A DNA stretch of 64,000 bases from Eledone cirrhosa (GCA_964016885.1 OZ024741.1:345154001-345218000); one strand, 5' to 3'; shown: positions 26,213 through 40,960, numbered from the stretch's first letter. Numbers and translations: made by a program. The notes: generated from the letters alone by a model not told the origin.

Positions 26213-26408
26213 AATAATAATTGTTTCTACTATTGGCACAAGGCCAGAAATTACCCAGTACATTACTGGTACTTTATTTTATCGACCCCGTAAGGATGAA
26301 AGGCAAAGTTAACCTCGGAGGGATTTGAACTCAGAATGGCAAGGGCCGTAACTCTATGCGTCAAAGCATGGCGTCCGAACCTCTACCGATACTGCCAATC
26401 CACCGTCC
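26213..26408 (-). mobile_element. tRNA-derived SINE
   Basis: Reverse complement of the 11721 family; aagtaataataa on both sides. Confidence 0.9.
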
Positions 26409-26925
26409 TACATAAAGTAATAATAATAAATAAATAAATAAATGAATAAGAACAAAAAATACAAAGTCAAAAACAAAATAAAGACAAAAGGAGACGTGTT
26501 GACAACGATAAGTATGAGTGTGTGGGGGGAGGGGAGAAAATATAAACAACTTATAAATAAACAAATACACGAGATGTGCATATACATAAATAAATATATA
26601 AATATATATATATATATACAAATACATACATACACACGCACACACACATAAACATGCATAAATACTCACACACGTATAAAAACACACACCCATATGTATG
26701 TATATATACATATATATATACACAAAAATATAAAATAAACATACGTACACATACACATACACATGCGTGCAAAATACATATACAAATACACATACACACG
26801 TTTACACACGTATATATAAACATGCATACAACCAAATATACACACACATCCACATACATACACATAAACATACATACATATAAAAGAGCATTGGTTCATA
26901 GCCTACGTACATACGTATACACAGC

Positions 26926-27400
26926 TTGAGATCGGTGTGGAAGTTGGACCTTCGTAAAGACCTCAAAATCCGCCTCTTCATTGCTGTAGTGGAGTCTATG
27001 CTGCTGTACGGGTCTGAGACTTGGACACTGACCAAGAAACTCACTCAGATGGTGGATGGGTGCTACACAAGAATGCTGAGGATGGCTCTGAACATTAATC
27101 AGTATACACTGAGGGTGAAAAACTCAGAGCTGTATGGGAGCCTCCCAAAAGTCAGCTCAAAAGTGATACAGAGGAGACTGAGGTTAGCTGGACATGCTCA
27201 CCGACATCCAGAGTTGACATTGCACTCAGTGCTCCTGTGGGAGCCCCTACATGGACACACTGGAAGAGGAAGACCAAGGTTAACGTATGTTGATGCCCTA
27301 AGGACAGACACTGGTCTGTTGGAGACGCAGGACATGGCAGCGATAATGAGGGACAGAGACCGCTGGAGAGAACTCGTCCATTGATCTCGGGAATTTTACC
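26926..27400 (+). mobile_element. RTE-clade LINE 3' fragment
   Basis: KIRLF.AVVESMLLYGSETWTLT..RRLRLAGH..RGRPRLTY, the typical RTE C-terminus. Confidence 0.85.
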
Positions 27401-28186
27401 CGCCCGAGATATAGATAGAGATATACGTATGCAAATGCGTGCCCGCACACGCACGTAATAAGAAATCAACATACGCATACAAAAAACCCATACGTAAATC
27501 TTACACACAAAAAACCCATATATACAAAAGCATATATACAACCGCATACACACACATATATACGTAAACACATACATATAACCATATATAAATATAATAT
27601 AAACATATACAAACACACACACACACATATATATATACACACAAACACATACATGCACTCATATATATATATATACACATATATATACACGCACACATAC
27701 ACACACACACACACACTCACACACACACACACATTCAATTAAATAATCAAAATACTATAAATGTATGTACACGTAAGCCTGTCTGCATATGCGCCCGCAC
27801 CAACCCTATGTGAGTACATTAAAAAATCTAGTGGGTAAGTAAGGACAAACGGGAGTAAATTTGAAATAAAATAATAAACACAATTATTAAGAACAGGTAA
27901 GGGAAAAAAGTGTTGTAAAAGGTTTGTGATGAGATCTAGATAAGAGTATCTAGTTAAAAAGTAACTGAGTAAAGGATAAATGTGGTGGGTGTGTATGTGT
28001 AAAAGGTAAGGTCGAAAGATTATAAATCAACTGAAAAAAAAATGATAAAAATAAAAATAAAAAGATAAAAATAAAGAGATATATAGAAGGAGATGAGAGA
28101 GAAAAAGTATATATGTGTAGAAAGTATGAGTTCATAAGGTAATAATATTCGTGGTGAATGGAAGGCGTGATGAGTAGAGAAGATGC

Positions 28187-29145
28187 TCAAGGTGGTTGAG
28201 TAATCGTAGGAATGTTAATCCAGTTAAAAAGTAGATGCGATTTCAGATGCGGACAACATCTGAAGATCTCGGTCTTAGAGTTGAGGCAAGTGGAAGGGGC
28301 TTTTAAGTTTTGGAGAATTCTAAATTTTTCCGTGGTGCACAAAGAACATTTCTGTGTGCCCCCTTTGGATGGTCTAAAATAGACCAATCAATAATGTATG
28401 GAATGTTTTTGTCTTTGAACTCCCACGCTTTATTTGCAAGTGCCGTTGCTGTTCTTTTTTCAGGGTGTTTGAAAGAAGCGACATGTGTATAATACCTGGT
28501 TTTGAATCTGTCCTAAGTCATGCCAACATATCGTTCACTCCTGGCTGGCTGGTTATTAATCATCGGTGTCAATTTGGCCTCAAACACAATGGATTTGGTA
28601 TTACATTTACCCCGTAATAGGCATTCTTCCGGCTTCTTGCAACTGCATCATGGATTTACTCTCGTACGATTAGAGTTGGTAATTTTAGTCTTCATTGATG
28701 GGCAGCAAGAGTAACTGATTTTGACTACATTTCTATTAAATATCTTATATCTATGATTAGGGGGAAAATGTTTGTCTAGAAGGTCGAGGAATTTTCTTCC
28801 TACATTAGTTTTAACAGTTAGAGAGAAGGGGAGTGTAAACCAAATAATTTTCTTTTCCTGTTATTGTGTTTAGTGTTAGAGAGAGGAGTAGGTAAATATT
28901 TAATATGTTCGGTGAAGCCGCTGTTATGAGGGCCTTATTATAATAAGGGGCGGCTTTGTTAAAAATGTCTATAGACGAAGATAAGCTAGAAATCCTACGG
29001 CTAATGTTAGGAATAAGATTTATAAAGACTATAGGGGGATGGCAAGACTCTTTGTGTATATATCTTAAATTCTCGTTAGGTTTATGATAAGGTTTAAAAG
29101 AGGCAGTAAGTAGATAAAGATTAATATCAAGAAAGTTAGTATTAG
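28187..29145 (-). mobile_element. Decayed Penelope-like element (RT thumb + GIY-YIG endonuclease)
   Basis: Minus-strand peptides NFLDINL..PYHKPNENLRYIH..SCHP, CSCKKPEEC..GKC..SIVFEA..YVGMT and CSLCTTEK..CLNSKTEIFRCCPH, with stops and frameshifts. Confidence 0.85.
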
Positions 29146-29473
29146 TAACAGGCGGAGTAGTTAGCTTTGATAAGCACCAAAAAGTGCGAAACAGCTCTGT
29201 CAGCCTTATCTCCCCTGTTTGCTGAAAATTAAAGTAAGTGAGACTGTCACTACTCTAAAACAATAGCGTAAGGTTTTCGAAATGCTTTTAATTAAGCATA
29301 CAGTGTATTGCAAAATACACTATATATACATTCATATATTTCAGAGCACCAATTTTAATTTTATATATATATATATATACAAACAAACATGTTGGTTGAA
29401 ATACACCAATGCAATTAGATCTTGTTACTGTTCTTCATCAGAGTTCGCATAGATCTTCGGTAACACTTTAGAG

Positions 29474-29783
29474 CAGTGGTCTCCAGCCTTTTTTATACCA
29501 TGGACCGGCTTCATGCCGGACAATCTTTTCACAGACCGATAATTGCACACTTATTATTTAAGTGCATTTTGATAAAGAGAGCAATAATGAAAAGAGTAAT
29601 TTACTAAAGGGAATAAAAAGTGTATAATCTTTTGACTCTCATGTAAATCTTTTTTAAATTAAAGTTCAATATTCAATTTATCTATTATAATATTTTAAAC
29701 AAGTTAATTCTTATTCTTAGCAGCCAGGAAGCAAATGATCCACGGGCAGTACCGGTCCGCGTCCCAGTGATTGGAGACCTCTG
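29474..29783. mobile_element. hAT/Charlie-type MITE
   Basis: TIRs cagtggtctcca / ttggagacctctg, with degenerate 8-bp TSD ctttagag / ctctagat. Confidence 0.8.
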
Positions 29784-30255
29784 CTCTAGATGACTAAATG
29801 ACGAATTCTCAGATTCATTAGAACTTCGGATAAAATGTATTTGATTCAGCTCTTTGCGCATTGAGCTCAAATCCCACTAAGGTCAACTTTAAATTTCATC
29901 ATTCTGATATCAATAAAATAATGATTGCAAGGCGAAGGATTTGGTCAAATTGATAGAGCATCAAACGAAATGCTTCGCGGTATTTGTGCCGTTTTTTTAC
30001 GTTCTGAGTTCAAATATTCAGTGATAACACAGGTCATGATGACCAGCAATAGGTTTTATAAATCAATAATTGCTAGATTTTGGAATTTTCCTTCCACAAC
30101 TAGTTTTACTGCGCATCCAATACAATTAATGTAACCGCGTACCTTACCCATTCAGATAAATAATTTCCTGTAAATAACACAATTCAGCGTATCGTGAGAA
30201 GAGAGGTAAGATTTGTTGTTTTTGACATGATAGAGAAAGCGTTCAACTTATATCA

Positions 30256-30451
30256 AAATAATTGTTTCTACTTTTGGCACAAGGCCAGCAATTATCCCAG
30301 TGTATTACTGGTACTTTATTTTATCGACCCCGTAAGGATGAAAGGCAAAGTCAACCTCGGCGGGATTTGAACTCAGACCATAAAGGGCCTTAACTCTTTG
30401 CTGCAAAGCATGGTGTCCGACACTCTACCGATACTGCCAAGCCACCGCCGT
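30256..30451 (-). mobile_element. tRNA-derived SINE
   Basis: Family match; TSD aacttatatcaaaataat / aacctataccaaaataat. Confidence 0.9.
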
Positions 30452-31674
30452 TAACCTATACCAAAATAATGTTTAGAAAATTATCTGAGAAAAAAGTTTT
30501 TTAAATTAACTGGCCGGGAAAATTTATGATGGTTTGTATCAGTAAACCTCTGTCAACCTAACCTTTTCTATACAAAACAGAAAAAAAAGAAGGTCCAATG
30601 TTTTAATGATTTTGCCAGTCCACCATCAACTGTTTAGATTATTGCATCAACCTCGGAAAGATGAAAGGAAAAGTTGACCTCCGCGAGATTTGAACTCTGA
30701 ACGCAAAGAACCGGCCAAAGTACAGCTTGACACCAGTGACAGCGCCATTCATTTCTACAGCTGATTGAACTGGAACAACGTGAAATAAAGTGTGTTACTT
30801 ATAGACAATGCTGAATGCCATTATATTGGCTAAAATTATTTTTTTAAATCTTGGATCAACACAGACTACGGTGGGATCCATAATAGAGAGGTTTATGAAG
30901 GCAAATATGATATATTAGTGGATAATAAACTTACACAAGTCTTGTGTTTTAAGCTGTTATTTTATCACAACTTTTTCAGTAGCCGTGTGAGAACGCCAGA
31001 TACTAGTCTTTCAGGATGTTTTACCTATCAACAGTGACGCTTACTCACTCGGTACTGAGACAAAAATAAACTATTTCTTATATACATTTTGTGTATAAAA
31101 CTTCTGCTGGAAAGTCTCATTTGTATATAATGCGGACTTGACTGGCTGGAATTAGCTGTAGCACTAAGATAGGTTTGTGCTATAGCTAATTAATCCCAGT
31201 CAAATCATAATATACTCGTATGCGGATAAGCGTCTCCAATAGCTACGGCCAGCCACACGAACTTGTAACAGATCCTGAACAATCAATGCCTGTGCTTTGA
31301 AAGTTTTTTTAAAGGCCTTGGGGAAAGGCCTTGTACATGCATACATACATACATGGTGGCTGCCAACTCGTTTTCGAGTACGGCCACTACTTTATATCCA
31401 TGTAGGAAAACTCCTAACGAGCGTGACTTTTTAGTCCAGCCAGCGACTTGAAAACTCTGGCATAAACACTACACCTGTGACAACTATTGACACATAGTGC
31501 TGGGCCCATGGTACCATGTGACGACAAGTGCAGAGAGATCTCCAGATACAAAGCAATGCCTGTGCCGTGAACATATATATATACATACATACATACACAT
31601 ATACATACATACATCCACATATACATACATACATACATATATAGATACATATATACACACATACATACATACAT

Positions 31675-32282
31675 GGTAGCTGCCAACTCATTTTCGAGTA
31701 CGGCCACTACTTTATATCCATGTAGGAGAACCCCTACCGATGCGCTGAACGAGTGTGACTTTTTAGTCCAGCCAGCGACTTGAAAACTCTGGTACAAACA
31801 CTACACTTGTGACAATTATTGACACATAGTGCTGGGCCCATGGTACCATGTGACGACAAGTGCAGAGAGATCTCCAGATATAAAGCAATGCCTGTGCCGT
31901 GAAGCTTTTATAGTGAGCAAAGGCACTGCACAAAGCCAGTCCCACTCTCTTAACCAAGATGATATTTACCAAAAAGAAGAACAAGTCAACATCATTGGAT
32001 ACCATCAGAGTTGCAGGTGTTATATCAGAGTTTTCCTTCTCCTAGAATTCTGCCTTGACAAAGGCTAAGGGGTCATCTCTCCCGGTGATTTTGGATGGCC
32101 ATTGACTCTTAAGAGCTCCTTTGCCCTTTGACAGGTTTTGTTTTTAGTCCTGCAGGATGTCCAAAGTCACCCTCCTCACCAAGAAACCTTGGTGGGGTTG
32201 CCAGTTTAGTCGCCAACGACCCGACAATGAGACAGGTTGTACTGGAATACATGTTACCAGTAGCACCAACTGGTGACCTGAC
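31675..32282 (-). mobile_element. ~610-bp non-autonomous RTE-like bipartite element in (CATA)n; partial copy at 31355-31571
   Basis: Near-identical reverse complement of 58928-59535. Retains a zinc-finger-like remnant C..C.V..RVFKSLAGLKSH.R and a (TATG)n tail. Confidence 0.75.
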
Positions 32283-32518
32283 ATACATACATATATACAT
32301 ACATACGTACATACATACATACATACATACATACATACATACATACATACATACATACATACATAGATATAGGAAATTACAAGTACAATCCATTAATGGA
32401 ACAGTAAAAATATGTAAAACATTCCAAAAATGTTGCATCTAATAACTGCATATACACATGTACAGATGCAAAGCATATACACATGCACACATACAACTCA
32501 AAACATACACATCCACAC

Positions 32519-32846
32519 AAATAAGTTATTGGGACAAAAGAAGGTGGGGGGGGGGAGGACATGTAAACAGACACGAACGGTGAAGCAATGTATGTATTTT
32601 TCTCTTTCTCTAAATTTCGGAAACATTTTTGACCGGCCACCTTCCTGGTGGCAAGGTTGTAAAAGAAAAGAAATTCTCATCTCTTGAATTGCAAGAATGT
32701 TTTGAAAATTTTGAAGGTGCCAGATATCGCGGCCATTTGTAGTCTATGAATTAGGGAGCTGCGCTCTTTGTCCACGAATCCAAGTTCAGTTATACTTTGT
32801 TCATATTGTAGCTCCAATAATAATAGTATGTTTGTATGTATGTATG

Positions 32847-32932
<86 letters not shown>

Positions 32933-33256
32933 CATACATACATACAAACATACTATTATTATTGGAGCTACAATATAAACAAAGTATAACTGAACTTGGA
33001 TTCGTGGACAAAGAGCGCAGCTCCCTAATTCATAGACTACAAATGGCCGCGATATCTGGCACCTTCAAAATTTTCAAAACATTCTTGCAATTCAAGAGAT
33101 GAGAATTTCTTTTCTTTTACAACCTTGCCACCAGGAAGGTGGCCGGTCAAAAATGTTTCCGAAATGTAGAGAAAGAGAAAAATACATACATCGCTTCACC
33201 GTTCGTGTCTGTTTACATGCCCCCCCCCCACCTTCTTTTGTCCCAATAACTTATTT
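32519..33256. repeat. Inverted repeat with ~330-bp arms centred on (TA)n; arms are a REL-LINE 3' fragment
   Basis: Mirror ORFs 32677-32943(-) and 32836-33102(+) encode ELGF..LIHRLQMAAISGTFKIFKTF. The arms differ at a few positions. Confidence 0.9.
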
Positions 33257-33397
33257 TAGTTATTGACTCGCCCTAGCCTGAGGTATATTGTCTCTAAAGC
33301 GAAGAAATACCTATGATTCCTAGTAGACAACTGATGACGGATATTCCTCTCTCTCGCCCGAAACTTGTATTTTATTATAATTTTTTTATTATATATC

Positions 33398-33456
<59 letters not shown>

Positions 33457-33497
33457 AAATAAATAACTCAAATATTTAAAACTTGGCTCCGTTTATT

Positions 33498-33552
33498 ACT
33501 GCTATATATATTTCGGTGACAGCCATCTTTGGCTGTGACCTCCTCAGGCAGT
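33498..33552 (-). ncRNA. Type I hammerhead ribozyme motif (left arm of IR 33451-33809)
   Basis: actgc-CTGAGGA-ggtcacagcca aaga tggctgtcacc-GAAA-tatata-TA-gcagt-aataaa. Confidence 0.88.
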
Positions 33553-33707
33553 CCGAATTGGTGTGGTAGAAACGGGTACACATGTTGTTGAGGTGCTTAA
33601 CTTCGTCAATACTCCGATATGCCCAGTTCCTGGTTGGGTTGTTATTTCTCTGAGGAACTGGAATCATATCCATATGATGTGTACCCGTTTCTACCACACC
33701 AATTCGG

Positions 33708-33762
33708 ACTGCCTGAAGAGGTCACAACCAAAGATGGCTGTCACCGAAATGTATATAGCAGT
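33708..33762 (+). ncRNA. Type I hammerhead ribozyme motif (right arm of IR 33451-33809)
   Basis: actgc-CTGAAGA-ggtcacaacca aaga tggctgtcacc-GAAA-tgtata-TA-gcagt-aataaa. Confidence 0.85.
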
Positions 33763-33908
33763 AATAAACGAAGCCAAATTTTAAATATTTGACATTTATT
33801 TTATTTTACATTACTCAGGAGTAACCAAACCAACCTGGGCACTTCGTCGAGTGCTCCAATCTGCATACTGAGGTGTCGGTGAACAACCAACATATACTCA
33901 AAATTGAC

Positions 33909-33998
<90 letters not shown>

Positions 33999-34081
33999 AA
34001 ACGTTTAGTAGAAATATTCAAGGGTAAGAGCACTCGGTCCACAGGACGAGTTTGGCATATATAATTACAACAGTGACATAA

Positions 34082-34131
34082 ACAAGTACTTAAGTTTCGT
34101 TGGGTTCTGGGACCCAACTCATTCAGCCTAT
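34082..34131 (-). ncRNA. Hammerhead-like motif with CUGAAUGA core (left arm)
   Basis: atagg-CTGAATGA-gttgggt cccaga acccaac-GAAA-cttaag-TA-cttgt. Confidence 0.7.
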
Positions 34132-34172
34132 TATAAGAAAAAGAAAAATGTTACTCTTTTTTTTTTCTTATA

Positions 34173-34222
34173 ACAGGCTGAATGAGTTGGGGTCCAGAAC
34201 CCAACGAAACTTAAGTACCCGT
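34173..34222 (+). ncRNA. Hammerhead-like motif with CUGAAUGA core (right arm)
   Basis: acagg-CTGAATGA-gttggg gtccagaa cccaac-GAAA-cttaag-TA-cccgt. Confidence 0.7.
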
Positions 34223-34236
34223 TTATGTCACTGTTG

Positions 34237-34275
<39 letters not shown>

Positions 34276-34314
34276 GATATTAATAAATGGAAACTATATT
34301 TATAAAACCATATT

Positions 34315-34379
34315 TATTTCATTATATATATTTCAAGGATACCAAGTTACATTATGGTATGCCTTCATCAGGCAAAATA
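34315..34379 (-). ncRNA. Type I hammerhead motif, same family as 25655-25717
   Basis: tattttgc-CTGATGA-aggcatacca..tggtatcctt-GAAA-tatata-TA-atgaaata. The downstream flank also matches the 25.7-kb copy. Confidence 0.7.
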
Positions 34380-36135
34380 CAATATATAACAGTTTTATAA
34401 ATAGACATTGACGTACCCCTTTAAAAAATTGACCGTTGTTTTTGGAGGCCATCAGGATAGTGATTTGTTTACTTTAGTAAGTCATAGTGTTAAGAGTAAG
34501 TAAAAAGATGGAGAGAGAGAGAGAAACGTGGAGAAAAGAAAGGGAGAGATAAAGAAAAAGAAGAAAGCAAAAAGAAAAGAGAACAGAGGAAAAATAACGG
34601 GGAGATATCAAACCATCAGACAGAGAAAAAAAAATCCAGAGAGAGATATATAGAGATAGAGAGAGGGGGGAGAGAACGAAAGCCTTAAGTTATGTCATAT
34701 TAAGTTGAGTTAACAATTGGGATGAAAAGCATAAATAAAATTAAAAATATTAATATTCATGAATGGAATATAGATATATAATATGAGATATTACACATTG
34801 TTTAATTATGATTAGATATTTAGTTTAAAATTGAGATCAGTATATTAAAAATTGGAATTTAAACATTATAAAATATATATATTGCTAGAGAGATTATTTA
34901 TCGCATATTACATACACATAGGCAAAGGTACATAAATATATATATATACACACTCACTCAGAAAATACACATTATATCTACTCCCGCACATAATATATAT
35001 ATACAAAGCATAAGTGATTTTTTATTTATTGCCATACATTTCCTGTGTTATTAATTAAAAATTAAAAGTTTTTAGTATATATATATAAATATATAGGATT
35101 AACTTTCATGCATTTATGGCTGTTAAGTTATGCATATCTGCAATCAAAAACTGCATGTGTAAGCTTGTACATTCTCACCCATAATTCTTAGCTATACATG
35201 AATAGATATGTGTGTGCATCTTCAATTGGTATACACGCGTCACTCATGCATATATACAGACAGGCATATAATCATAAAAAAAGCATATAACACATGTATA
35301 TGTATGTCAACACACACATATAGATACATTAGCCGTATATAGATATACGTATACATCAACATATAACATAGTACAATTGAGTATATAAAATACAAAAGGA
35401 TTATATTTTGGAAATATAATTATATCAATATAACTTAAAAAGCAAACGAATTCTACAAATATCAAAATACTAAAATATCCCAAAATATTATAGAATATTT
35501 TAAGTTAAAATAATATGTTTAATATATTTAGTATAGAAATTAATCTTACGTATATTTTAATCAAGATATTGAAAGGACAAACTTTTGAAAATTATGAGAA
35601 GCTATCAGAATAAAAAAAAAATTATGAGAAGCTATCAGAATAAAAACAAATCTAATAAAAACAAATCTAATAAAAAAAAATAAAAAAATGAATCTAATAA
35701 AAAAATAAATAAAATGAATCTAATAAAAAAAAATAAATCTAATAAAAAATAAAATATATCAATATAACTTAAAAAACAAGGATTCTACAGATATCAAAAT
35801 ATTACAAAGTTTTAAAATAAAAAGATTTAAAAAAATTTTTTTTTTTAATTTTAAAAAAAATTTTAGAAAATGTCAAAAAGATTTTAAAAGAATTTTAAAA
35901 ATTTTTATAAAATTAAAAAAAAAAAAAAATGTTTTTTAATTAAAAAAAATATATATATACACTTTTACCTCTTCCAGTTGACTGCCTGAGGCTATGCTGG
36001 GGCACCACCTATACATATATTCTCCCGAATGAAACGGTTCTAGTTCTTTAGAAGCCTTTTTTATATTAAATACTCTGCTATGAATTGAGTACCTTACCGT
36101 GCTTACTGCCGATTGAACCCGGGATAAATATATAC

Positions 36136-38090
<1,955 letters not shown>

Positions 38091-39754
38091 GGAGTAACAT
38101 GTAATTATTATTTTCATTTAGATTAAAACAATATAACATTTTATCTAAAATATTCTACTATAGTCAACTATAAGTAAACGGGCATTTTATAACACGACAA
38201 CGGCGTCAGATTTTGTATATTAGTGTGTATGTGTCTGTGAGTGTGTGTGTGTTTGCGCGTTCGTTACGTACGTTAGACTTTATAAGTTACATACACACAC
38301 ATATTCACGTAAATAAATCTGATACACAGAGAATTAAACACACACACATCTACATATACATATACATATGTGTGACTGACAAGTATATGTGTGTGAGTGT
38401 ATGTGAGAGTGTATGTGTGTCTGAGTATACATACATTTCTTTGATGACTGACTGACTGACATAATGAAACGTTGTTTGAATGTATGTCTATTTTTTTATA
38501 AGTTTGTGTGAGTGTATGTGTGTCTGTTTGTGGGTGAAACTCTGTGTGTGTTTGTAAGAATGTATGTCTGTGTGCGTTTTTTATTAGTGTATGTTTGTGG
38601 GAGTGTATGTCTGTCTATCCGTGGGTGAAACTCTGTGTATGTTTGTTTGAATCTATGTCTGTGTGTTTTTTGTAAGTGTATGTTTGTGCCGGTGTATGTG
38701 TGTCTGTTCGTTTATATTTATATTCTCATACCGTTAAATTAGCAGTTAATACATTTGCTTAAATTTGGTTAATTTACAGTGCATACAAAATATTGAAAAA
38801 AATGCCTTTATTCTAAAAGTTCCTCTCATACCTACAGCTGTTCCATTTGAATTTAAGAGGCTTCAGTTTTGTTATTTCATTTAACAAATCTCAGGGTCAA
38901 TACCTGAAGGTAGTTGGACTTGATCTCTCTGCTGCATGTTTTTCCCACGGTTAACTCTATGCTGGCTGCTCACAAGTTGGAAGCAGCAACAATTTATTCA
39001 TTTGGACACCAACAAAAAGTGACATAATGTTTACCCTGAGATGCTTCAAGATTGACAGATTTTCATTTCTAAATTCTATTAACATTACAATTTTGATATT
39101 TTAAAAATAAAATATAAATATTTTGAAATAATTATGAGAGAAAAAAATATATCTTCATATTTATTGTTTACTGAATAAGAACAACAGTAACCCGGACAAC
39201 GGCGGGTCATTCAGCTAGTCACTCTATAATTATTAAAAGCTGTAAATGTAATATGATCTGCGTGGACTCAAATTACATTTTCTGGCCATTTTAGAGTGGA
39301 AAGAGCTAAATTAATCACTACAAATTAATTGACCAAACTTTCCACCCCACCCCTAACAATTCAGAAATGCTTCCACCACCTCTGTACATATATTATTGTA
39401 TGTATGAGATAACGAAGTTTCTTTTTATAATGCTTCTATTGGATATCAACCGTTACATATGTTTCACAGGTGATTAGTTCGAATAATTTACCAATGTGAG
39501 AAATCTGACTCCAGGATAGATATGCACACACACATATACACACACTCACAAACACAATACGAGGGGGAAATGCTTAAAATCATACATACATACATACATA
39601 CATACATTCATTCATACATACACACGCGCGCACACACATATATTTATATATATTTAAATAAATGTGTGTATATGTGTCCTTTTCTTCTTTCCCCACTTAT
39701 TCTTGCGATGGTCGTGGGGCAGAATCTTCAAGCAAATACATGCACATACATACA

Positions 39755-40170
39755 TACCTTCAGATTTATGCCTGTGATTATTGGGGCACTGGGATATGTT
39801 AGAAACTGCCTCAATACAAATCTTGACAAGCTGGGCTTCACAGAAATAGAAAGAACACGACTAGTTAGGAAATTACAAGTACAATCCATTAATGGAGCAG
39901 TAAAAATATGTAAAACATTCCAAATATTCTGCATCTACACATACACATGTACAGATACAAAGCATATACACATGCACACATACAACTCAAAACATCCACA
40001 TCCACACATACAATAACATCCATACCTGCACACACATGCATGCATGCAGACATGCAGACATATCTACCTAGTTGATGTTATGTAAATTCCAATGAAAGAG
40101 TCTTGTGTCTATGTTAGAAACCCGCTCTCTCTCTATTGGCAAAAAATTATGAAATTATAAAACCAGAACA
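39755..40170 (+). mobile_element. REL-type LINE 3' fragment in (CATA)n; shorter copy at 32369-32520
   Basis: FMPVIIGALGYV..LGF..LVRKLQVQSINGAVKICKTF resembles the REL C-terminus IPIVIGALG of the R4-like copies. Confidence 0.7.
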
Positions 40171-40294
40171 TACATACATACATACAAACATACATATATA
40201 CATTCATACATACATACATATATACATTCATACATACATACATATATACATTCATACACACATACATACATATACACGAACATAGTTATATACA

Positions 40295-40802
40295 TGTGAC
40301 GATCGCAAGGTCGTGAGTTCAATACCCGGCGGCGTGATGTGTTGTTTCACTGAGCTTGCAAAAATTAGTTGAAATGTAATTGAAATGACCAGCCTTGTCA
40401 CATTCTGTGACACGCTGAATCTCCCTGAAAACTACGTTAAGTGTACGCATGGTTGTGGAATCCACATCCAGATGCAGGATAATTTCCCGAGCAAGCTGTT
40501 CCGTTAATCGTATCAACTGGACCGACGGAGTGGTGTGTATATATATATCACCTTGACCGACCAGTCTGTCGGGCGCCAACCGGCGCCGCTGGTCACAGCA
40601 TGCTGTTTTAGCCATAAGATAGCGCCATCCCACTGGCTGGGCGAGCAGGCCGGTACTCATTTCTGGAGCAACGTGAAATAAAGTGGAGCAACGTGAAATA
40701 AAGTGTCTTGCTCAAGGAAACAACACATCACCCGGTGCGAGAATTGAACTCACAACCTTTCGATTGCAAGCCCAATGCTCTAACCACTAAGCCATGCGCC
40801 TT
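40295..40802. mobile_element. Two fragments of other tRNA-derived SINEs (+ at ~40295-40530, - at ~40560-40802)
   Basis: B-box-like gagttcaataccc on +. On -, tggcttagtggttagagc..gagttcaattctc followed by ccttgagcaagacac. Confidence 0.65.
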
Positions 40803-40865
<63 letters not shown>

Positions 40866-40928
40866 TTAACACTACAAGTGAAGTCATTCTTTTCCTTTTT
40901 TTTCAAATATATATATATATATATATAT

Positions 40929-40960
<32 letters not shown>

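Noticed and set aside
28648-28650. In-frame TGA beside the CSC motif of the minus-strand Penelope, as possible selenocysteine
   Set aside because: It does not replace a conserved Cys, and the copy has another stop and frameshifts; no SECIS recognised.
40089-40139. ccaatga..gaaaccc as a hammerhead
   Set aside because: Better explained as a simple 3' stem-loop (ccaatgaaagag/ctctctctattgg) of the LINE fragment.
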